64,000 bases of DNA from a virus: IMG/VR virus record IMGVR_UViG_3300028569_001145, positions 32,001 to 96,000 of that record. The stretch is one strand, 5' to 3'. Numbering within the stretch: the first letter of the stretch is position 1; the number at the start of each line of letters is the position of its first letter. Positions 57,311-64,000 of the stretch are shown piece by piece. The notes below the pieces were generated by a model, which saw only the letters and a list, made by a program, of their open reading frames with translations, had not been told where the DNA came from and searched no databases. Both the position numbers and the translations under genes were made by a program.

Positions 57311-60183
57311 ACAACATAGTAACTACCGATATTAATACCAACGTTGTTGTAGTAACATCCCCAGGTCCTTCCGGACCTGCCGGACCTGCCGGTCCTCAAG
57401 GTAATACCGGTACTGTAGAAGCCAATTCCGGATTCCTAGCCACGCCTTTCTTAAATGTATCCGGTGCAATGTCAGTTACTGGATCAACAGCTTTTACAGG
57501 CAGTGTTGTTATTACAGGATCTTTAACAGTTTCTGGATCTAACACCTTTACTAATACTGGCCCGGCTATTTTTTCAGGGTCTGTAGATGTTTCTGGATCA
57601 GTAACAGCAACTTTATTCTCAGGATCAGGTGCCGGATTAACAAACATCCCTGCTGCAGGAATTACAGGTTTAAATTTAAATAGAATTGCTAGCGGATCAG
57701 TATCAGCTTCAGTATCACCAACAGGCAAGGCTTTTAATTTAATAAAAAGCAACACCTCTCTTTTTAGTATAGACCAGTTCGGTAACGTTTCTGGTTCAGG
57801 TCTTTACATCTCAGGTTCTACTATCTACATAGACGGTCCAACAATCAGGTTATACGGTAATGCTACATTAAATGATGCAGCTATTACAACTACTGCAACC
57901 ACAACTACCGATAGAATTCAGTCAGGCACTATCACAGCCTCGGTTGCTACCCTAGGCAATGCATTCACTTTACAATCTGCCGGAGTTACTTTGTTTAAAG
58001 TAGGTACAGATGGTATATTATCAGGATCAGGTGCTAACTTATTTGATATACCTGCCTCTGGAATCACAGGACTAAATCTTTCCAGAACAACTACAGGATC
58101 AGTAACAGCATCTGTTAATGTAGGCACTACCAACTTTCAAATCATTAGCGGATCTAGTAATTTACTATCTTTAGATTATACAGGGAAATTAGCTGTTAGT
58201 AAATCAGTTAACGTTGGTGTACCTACATCTAATAACTGGCAATCTGGTTTGAATGGTTCTTACTTCAACAACTTTACATCAAACACAGATGTCTCTGAGA
58301 TGTTAAGGTTTATAGCAGGTTTATTAAGTGCATCAGCACCTGATGCTTCTCCTAATACTAGAACTTACGGTGGAATTTCCGAAACTATAACCAATAGCGG
58401 CACTACTACTGCTCCTTCAGGATATGTTCCTCAAAATTCTACAACAGCCGATATTATCTACATAGTAGGTAAAGGATTTGCCTCTACCGGTAGTACTATA
58501 TTCTCCGGTAAAACAATCTACAATAATGCTTCTTACGGTATCTCTTATAGCAGTACAGCAGGTGGATCTACAATAGTTTCATCTTCTGCCGATGCTCAGT
58601 TGTTTGGCCTAGGATTACTTTCAAGCGGTAATGCCACTCCGTTTAATGTTTCCGGAACTATAAACTGGTTCTACTCAGATAATAACTCAGAAACTATAAC
58701 CGCAACCTCACAATCACAAAACCTAGTATCAAATAGCTCATTTGGAACTTCAAATGGGGTAACTATAGCAAGAATTAATACAGTAAATCCAGCAGTTATT
58801 CCTCCTGCTTACCAGGATGGTAAATTTACTACAGTATTTTCTTCCGGATTATTCAACGGAGGTAGAAGCTTTACAAGTGTAAGTTCTTCTGGTTGGTACC
58901 ATATTAGTGCCTCTATTACAATTGCAACCGGAAGTTCAGACTATAGCCCTGCTAGAACAGCAGTAGAGAGAATATTCTGGGCCCCTATCTCTAGTATTAG
59001 TATTCCTACCCAGACAATTACATTCTCAGGAGTAAATAATAATGCATTAACTGCAACCTCAAGATCACTATCTGGTGCTCCTTACCTATTGACATCGACA
59101 TTTAACTTTGGAGTTACTGTAGAAGGATTATTTAATCCAATGTATACTGCAGATTCTGCTATTGCTTCTGTAACCGAAGTAGATTCTTTAGTAACTTTAG
59201 GAGGTACAACCAGTATTTCTACCTTAGCTGCTTTAATACAAACAATAAACGGTGTTTATGACTCAACAGGTACAGTAGTTAGATCAACAGGCATAGTTCC
59301 TTTTGAAACCGATATTGCTAAAATGACCGGCTCTGCTAACTTCAGTGCAGGAAATGGAGGAAATACCAATATTGCCACTACAGGATTAGGAATAACATCA
59401 GTTGTTTTGACTCATGCCGGTAAAAATAGATTAGGTGCTTCAACAACAGGCACTCAAACTATACCTTATCATACTGCTGGAACCTTTGGTCAACCAGCAT
59501 CATCTGGGTCTATGGCATACTATGGAAGAACATCTCAAACTTATGATGGTGGTTCATTAACAGGACAAACAGAATCATTTACAGGTGAGGCTTATCGTAT
59601 ACAGTTAAATGATAACGTAACTACATTTACAGGAAATGCCTGGGATAATAGTTTTGGATTATATAATTTAGGAGGTAAGGATCTTCAAGTTAAACCAGGT
59701 AACCTAGTAAGACCAGGAGGTACTTACGGATACTGGTTAACTGATCCTGATAACACTCAAGAGTACAAATACTATATTAGAAGATTCCAAAGAACATCGG
59801 TATTAACTTCATTTACCTTGAACGTAGGTAAGACCTTAGTAGCATGGGATGATACATCAACCAATAATGCTGTAGCTGTGGGAATTATTTTCGAATCAGC
59901 TAAAGGAGGTGCTAGTAACTGCCGATTATTTGACCCTGTATATGCAAACGGTTCTCGAGGTGTAACATTCTCAGGTGCAACCGTAGGAACTAATCCATTT
60001 ACAAGTGCTCTAGATTATTATGGAGCAGGAGGAGCATTAGCAGGAACTACCTACACAATTACAGTACAATCAGCAACTAACATGGTACTAAATGGTACAG
60101 CAGGTTCAGATGAGATTTACGTAATAATCCGATATAAAGGAGACCCATCACCAGTTACCTCTTTAACAGTATCTGGTACTTAA
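57307..60183 (+). CDS. Tail-fibre-like protein with short collagen repeat
   Basis: GPSGPAGPAGPQG; S/T/G-rich; C-terminal module paralogous to next gene. Confidence 0.7.
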   Translation: MNNIVTTDINTNVVVVTSPGPSGPAGPAGPQGNTGTVEANSGFLATPFLNVSGAMSVTGSTAFTGSVVITGSLTVSGSNTFTNTGPAIFSGSVDVSGSVTATLFSGSGAGLTNIPAAGITGLNLNRIASGSVSASVSPTGKAFNLIKSNTSLFSIDQFGNVSGSGLYISGSTIYIDGPTIRLYGNATLNDAAITTTATTTTDRIQSGTITASVATLGNAFTLQSAGVTLFKVGTDGILSGSGANLFDIPASGITGLNLSRTTTGSVTASVNVGTTNFQIISGSSNLLSLDYTGKLAVSKSVNVGVPTSNNWQSGLNGSYFNNFTSNTDVSEMLRFIAGLLSASAPDASPNTRTYGGISETITNSGTTTAPSGYVPQNSTTADIIYIVGKGFASTGSTIFSGKTIYNNASYGISYSSTAGGSTIVSSSADAQLFGLGLLSSGNATPFNVSGTINWFYSDNNSETITATSQSQNLVSNSSFGTSNGVTIARINTVNPAVIPPAYQDGKFTTVFSSGLFNGGRSFTSVSSSGWYHISASITIATGSSDYSPARTAVERIFWAPISSISIPTQTITFSGVNNNALTATSRSLSGAPYLLTSTFNFGVTVEGLFNPMYTADSAIASVTEVDSLVTLGGTTSISTLAALIQTINGVYDSTGTVVRSTGIVPFETDIAKMTGSANFSAGNGGNTNIATTGLGITSVVLTHAGKNRLGASTTGTQTIPYHTAGTFGQPASSGSMAYYGRTSQTYDGGSLTGQTESFTGEAYRIQLNDNVTTFTGNAWDNSFGLYNLGGKDLQVKPGNLVRPGGTYGYWLTDPDNTQEYKYYIRRFQRTSVLTSFTLNVGKTLVAWDDTSTNNAVAVGIIFESAKGGASNCRLFDPVYANGSRGVTFSGATVGTNPFTSALDYYGAGGALAGTTYTITVQSATNMVLNGTAGSDEIYVIIRYKGDPSPVTSLTVSGT

Positions 60184-60195
60184 TATTTATAACAA

Positions 60196-63100
60196 ATGGC
60201 TATCGATCCAATAAAAAAATCCAGTAGGCTACTACAAAGTAGACGTTATACATTAGATACTTTAACTGATGGGCAGGAAGCATTCACCCAGGTACTTGAT
60301 TTAGGATCAGGAGAAATCTACTCAGAGACTAATCTAATACCTTCTGCTTCTTTACCTTTTTCAGGTAGTTCACAAGCAGGAGCTACTTCCGGAGTATTAA
60401 AATTCTGGTATAGACAAAGATTAACACGGGGTGTTGAAAGTGATGGTAGACAGGTTTGGTTCTTTTTAGAACCATTTGCAGCAAGTGCTGACTCACAGAC
60501 TATCCAAGCAACACAGGTAACTAACTTCATATCTCCTAAATACTCAATTCCGTCCTTAGCGGCAAGTAATACTGAGATTTCAACTCCGGGGTATCTAACC
60601 ACAGTTAGAACTTCGATCAACGGAGTAACATTTTCAGACCCTATTAACACTAACTTTTACGCTTTTGATTATAAAACTGGTGTTTTACAATTTAGTTCAT
60701 CAGCAGTAACACCAGTATCAGGAGATGTTTATATTTCAGTTTACCAGTACACAGGTAGAACCCTAGCATCAGATGCTATATTAGGATACTCAGGTTCATT
60801 CTCAGGATCTTTTCAAGGCAATGGAGCTGGATTAACTAACTTACCAGCATCATCAATTGTAGGTCTAAACCTTACTCAAATAGCTGATTCTCAAGTATCA
60901 GCAAGTGTCTCTGCAACCGGAACATCTTTTACAGTATCTAGTGCAAGCATTGACCTTTTAACAGTTAATAACCAGGGTCTAGTATCCGCTAGTTTATTCT
61001 CAGGGTCTTTTGTAGGTAGTAGCAATACAACAGGATCTTTTAGAGGAATAGGTTCAGGATCATTTTCAGGATCATTTCAAGGTAATGGAAATGGCTTAAC
61101 CAATATTCCTGCTGCATCAATTGTAGGTTTAAATTTATCTTTAGTATCTACAGGATCTGTAACAGCATCTACAGCACCAGACGGAACAGTATTTCAAATT
61201 ACTTCCGGATCTAGTACCTTACTATCATTGAATAGCCTGGGGGATCTAACAGTAAGTGCTTCTGAATTCATAGGAAATAATTTAACAGCTGTTGGAAATG
61301 CAGCAATTACAGGTAGTTTATCTGTAAATGGGGTTACTGCTTTAAATAATAATTTAAATGTTGGTGGAAATACAACTTTTCTTAACAGTGTAGCTCTTAC
61401 AGGATCTTTAGAAATTTCTCAAAATTTAACAGTTCAAGGAACTGCGTCTATATCTTATCTTCAATCGGTTACAGGGTCAGCAAAAATAATTGGAGACGCT
61501 TTCATTATCCTAAACTCAGACCTGCCAGCAGAGAGATATGCTGGTCTTATTGTAATTGATAGTGGATCAAGTGGACAAACAGGATCATTCCTTTATGATG
61601 CCGAACAAGATCACTGGTTTTATGATTCAACAGCAGAGGGATACGCCTCTGGGTTTATAGCGGGAGCTAGAGCAACTAGAGACAATATAATTTACCCTAA
61701 TAGGTACGTTATAACTAGAGGAGATGGTGGTAACCATATTGTAGATTCAAATATTTACTCTACTGGTTCTTATGTTACTATAAACAGAGGTGATACCGGT
61801 TCAAAAATTGCTGAAATCGATATAGTAGGTTCAATGTTAATAACAGGATCTACTTTATTACCAAGCCCGGATGGTGCTGTAAGCAGTAAATACGCTTTAG
61901 TCACTAGTCAATCAGCATGGCATAATAATGTAAATGTTGGATACCCGACTTCAAATAACTGGCAGACAGGTCTAAACGGATCATACTTTAATAATTTTAA
62001 CGCCAATTCAGATGTATCTGAAATGTTAAGATTTATTGCTGGACTATTAAGCGCATCAGCACCTGATGCATCTCCGAACACTAAAACTTACGCAGGTATT
62101 TCCGAAAATATTACCAACAGCGGCACAGGAACACCAGCATCAGGATATGTACCTCAATCAAGTACTGAGACAAGTATTATATATTTAACATCTAAAGGAT
62201 TTGCATCAGCAGGAACTACTTTATTCCCAGGTAAAATCATCTACAATAGTAGTGCGTATAACATAACATACACCAGTACAGCAGGTGGATCAACCATTGT
62301 ATCATCTTCTGCAGATGCCCAGCTGTTTGGATTAGGTTTATTAACCAGCGGAGGACCTACTCAATTTAACGTTTCAGGTGCACTTAACTGGTTTTATTCT
62401 GATAATAATTCAGAAACAGTTACAGCAACCTCAGCATCTCAAAATTTACTTTCTAATAGTACTTTTGGAACAACCAGCGGTTTAACTTTAGGAAAAATAA
62501 ATACGGCTAATCCGGCTGTTATTCCTGCTGCTTATCAGGATGGTAAATTTGCAGGTATTTTCTCCTCTAACTTGTTTAACGGAGGTAGAAGTTTCACCAA
62601 TATTAGTTCTTCTGGTTGGTACCATATTAGTGCTTCTATTAGAATTGCTAGTGGTAGTTCACCATACAGCTCTGTTCAATCAGCAACCGAAAGAATATTC
62701 TGGGCTCCTTTATCAAGCATCAGTATTGCAAATAACACCAAGGCAGTAGGTTATGCAGGTTTCCAAGCTTTAACAGCAACCTCAAGATCATTATCAGGTG
62801 CTCCTTATTTAACAGCAGCAACTTACCAGGTATCTTCTTCTGTAACTGGCTTATTTAATCCGATGTACAGTGCAAACGTAACCATTGCCCGTCAAGGTGC
62901 AACAGGAAACGTTACTTTGACTAACGGAGGTACAGGTGCTACTCAAGCAACCATAAATGCAAGTGGTTTAATATCATCAGCAGACACAGTTTATGATTCA
63001 ACAGGAGTTACTGTGAGAGCAACCTCAACAATTCCTTTTGAAACTGATCTAGTTAAATTAACCGGTAGCATCTCTTTAAACATAGGAACCGGTACTAACA

Positions 63101-63924
63101 TTACATCAACTGCCTTATCACCAACAACCTTTGCAATTGATACTTTCGGTAGAGACAGATCAGGAACCGAAGGTAGTACTTTAAATACACAGACAATTTT
63201 GTACCATACAGCGAGTGCTTTTGGACAACCTGCATCATCAGGATCTATGGCATACTATGGAAGATCACAAGGATCTGATACCGGAACATTGACCGGCACT
63301 TCAGAACCATTCACCGGAGAGTCTAACAGGGTTCAAATTACAGATAAATTCTTATCAGGATCTTATTCTGCTGCAGATACCTGGTCTACAGCATTTGGAT
63401 TATATAACCTAGGTGCATTAGACCTTCAAGTTAAACCAGGATTCCTAGTAAGACCGGGAGGAACCTATAAGTATTGGTTAAACGATCCAGACGGAACTAA
63501 AACCTACAAATTCTATGCAAGAGCATTCCAGAGAAGTTCAGGAACTGCTGCTAACAACCTAATCTTAAATTTAGGAACTACATTAGTAGCATGGGATTCC
63601 GCAACACCTGGAGTTGCGGCAGCAATTATATTTAAATCTTCGGGGGTAATTAATTTTGCCACTCCTAGGATATATGATCCTACACAATTAACTTCTAACT
63701 TAATTAATGCAAGTATTGCAAATGACAACCAGAGAAATCCATTTTCACGTAATATTGCATTGTATGGAAATACCGGAGGTAATTTAGCATCAACAACATA
63801 CACAATACCTTTAAGGGAAGCAGACGGTATGATCTTAAACGGAACAAACCAGGACTATATTGTATTAGTAAGGTATACCGGAGACCAGGCACCAATCACA
63901 AGCATAACAGTATCATATTCATAA
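60196..63924 (+). CDS. Tail-fibre-like protein, paralog
   Basis: Shares NVG.PTSNNWQ.GLNGSYFNNF... to C-terminus with previous gene. Confidence 0.7.
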   Translation: MAIDPIKKSSRLLQSRRYTLDTLTDGQEAFTQVLDLGSGEIYSETNLIPSASLPFSGSSQAGATSGVLKFWYRQRLTRGVESDGRQVWFFLEPFAASADSQTIQATQVTNFISPKYSIPSLAASNTEISTPGYLTTVRTSINGVTFSDPINTNFYAFDYKTGVLQFSSSAVTPVSGDVYISVYQYTGRTLASDAILGYSGSFSGSFQGNGAGLTNLPASSIVGLNLTQIADSQVSASVSATGTSFTVSSASIDLLTVNNQGLVSASLFSGSFVGSSNTTGSFRGIGSGSFSGSFQGNGNGLTNIPAASIVGLNLSLVSTGSVTASTAPDGTVFQITSGSSTLLSLNSLGDLTVSASEFIGNNLTAVGNAAITGSLSVNGVTALNNNLNVGGNTTFLNSVALTGSLEISQNLTVQGTASISYLQSVTGSAKIIGDAFIILNSDLPAERYAGLIVIDSGSSGQTGSFLYDAEQDHWFYDSTAEGYASGFIAGARATRDNIIYPNRYVITRGDGGNHIVDSNIYSTGSYVTINRGDTGSKIAEIDIVGSMLITGSTLLPSPDGAVSSKYALVTSQSAWHNNVNVGYPTSNNWQTGLNGSYFNNFNANSDVSEMLRFIAGLLSASAPDASPNTKTYAGISENITNSGTGTPASGYVPQSSTETSIIYLTSKGFASAGTTLFPGKIIYNSSAYNITYTSTAGGSTIVSSSADAQLFGLGLLTSGGPTQFNVSGALNWFYSDNNSETVTATSASQNLLSNSTFGTTSGLTLGKINTANPAVIPAAYQDGKFAGIFSSNLFNGGRSFTNISSSGWYHISASIRIASGSSPYSSVQSATERIFWAPLSSISIANNTKAVGYAGFQALTATSRSLSGAPYLTAATYQVSSSVTGLFNPMYSANVTIARQGATGNVTLTNGGTGATQATINASGLISSADTVYDSTGVTVRATSTIPFETDLVKLTGSISLNIGTGTNITSTALSPTTFAIDTFGRDRSGTEGSTLNTQTILYHTASAFGQPASSGSMAYYGRSQGSDTGTLTGTSEPFTGESNRVQITDKFLSGSYSAADTWSTAFGLYNLGALDLQVKPGFLVRPGGTYKYWLNDPDGTKTYKFYARAFQRSSGTAANNLILNLGTTLVAWDSATPGVAAAIIFKSSGVINFATPRIYDPTQLTSNLINASIANDNQRNPFSRNIALYGNTGGNLASTTYTIPLREADGMILNGTNQDYIVLVRYTGDQAPITSITVSYS

Positions 63925-63933
63925 TAGAGAAAG

Positions 63934-64000
63934 ATGGCAATTGACAAAATAATAAAATCCAACCGACTCCTACAGAGTAGACGGTATACTGTAGCTTCTT
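63934..64000 (+). CDS. Start of a further tail-fibre-like paralog (truncated)
   Basis: MAIDKIIKSNRLLQSRRYT vs MAIDPIKKSSRLLQSRRYT of 60196. Confidence 0.7.
   Translation, partial: MAIDKIIKSNRLLQSRRYTVAS

Noticed and set aside
15977-63895. Numerous minus-strand and nested short ORFs (e.g. 30634..31137, 50893..51336, 57396..57755)
   Set aside because: Shadow frames of well-supported + strand genes with no promoter or motif support.
57307-63924. Diversity-generating retroelement template/variable repeat pair in tail fibres
   Set aside because: No reverse transcriptase in the window, and differences between paralogs are not adenine-specific.

Overview
64 kb of a large, AT-rich, T4-like (myovirus-type) phage genome, almost entirely coded on the + strand. 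The host is probably a Bacteroidota member, inferred from TTG-N20-TAnnTTTA promoters and a GTTCTTTGACA boxA. Gene order: bimodular QueF (7-deazaguanine pathway); an early accessory region of small genes bounded by repeated hairpin/promoter cassettes; a non-coding island with iteron-like repeats and G-tracts (4.5-5.3 kb); an RNA-gene cluster (8.7-11.9 kb); gp55-like late sigma factor; baseplate genes; primase and exonuclease; many acidic/basic putative head-internal proteins; a terminase fractured by an atypically split intein with a nested homing endonuclease; portal, prohead protease, scaffold and major capsid; PhoH; paralogous tail-fibre-like genes. The most unusual element lies in the RNA cluster. 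Besides six ordinary tRNAs there are seven tRNA-like units with an identical acceptor stem (AGTCAGG/CCTGACT-A), near-constant D and T arms, and unrelated inserts of variable length replacing the anticodon arm. The short spacers between them mostly show pseudoknot or kissing-loop complementarity. All calls come from reading the sequence and motifs by eye; no searches or folding programs were run.
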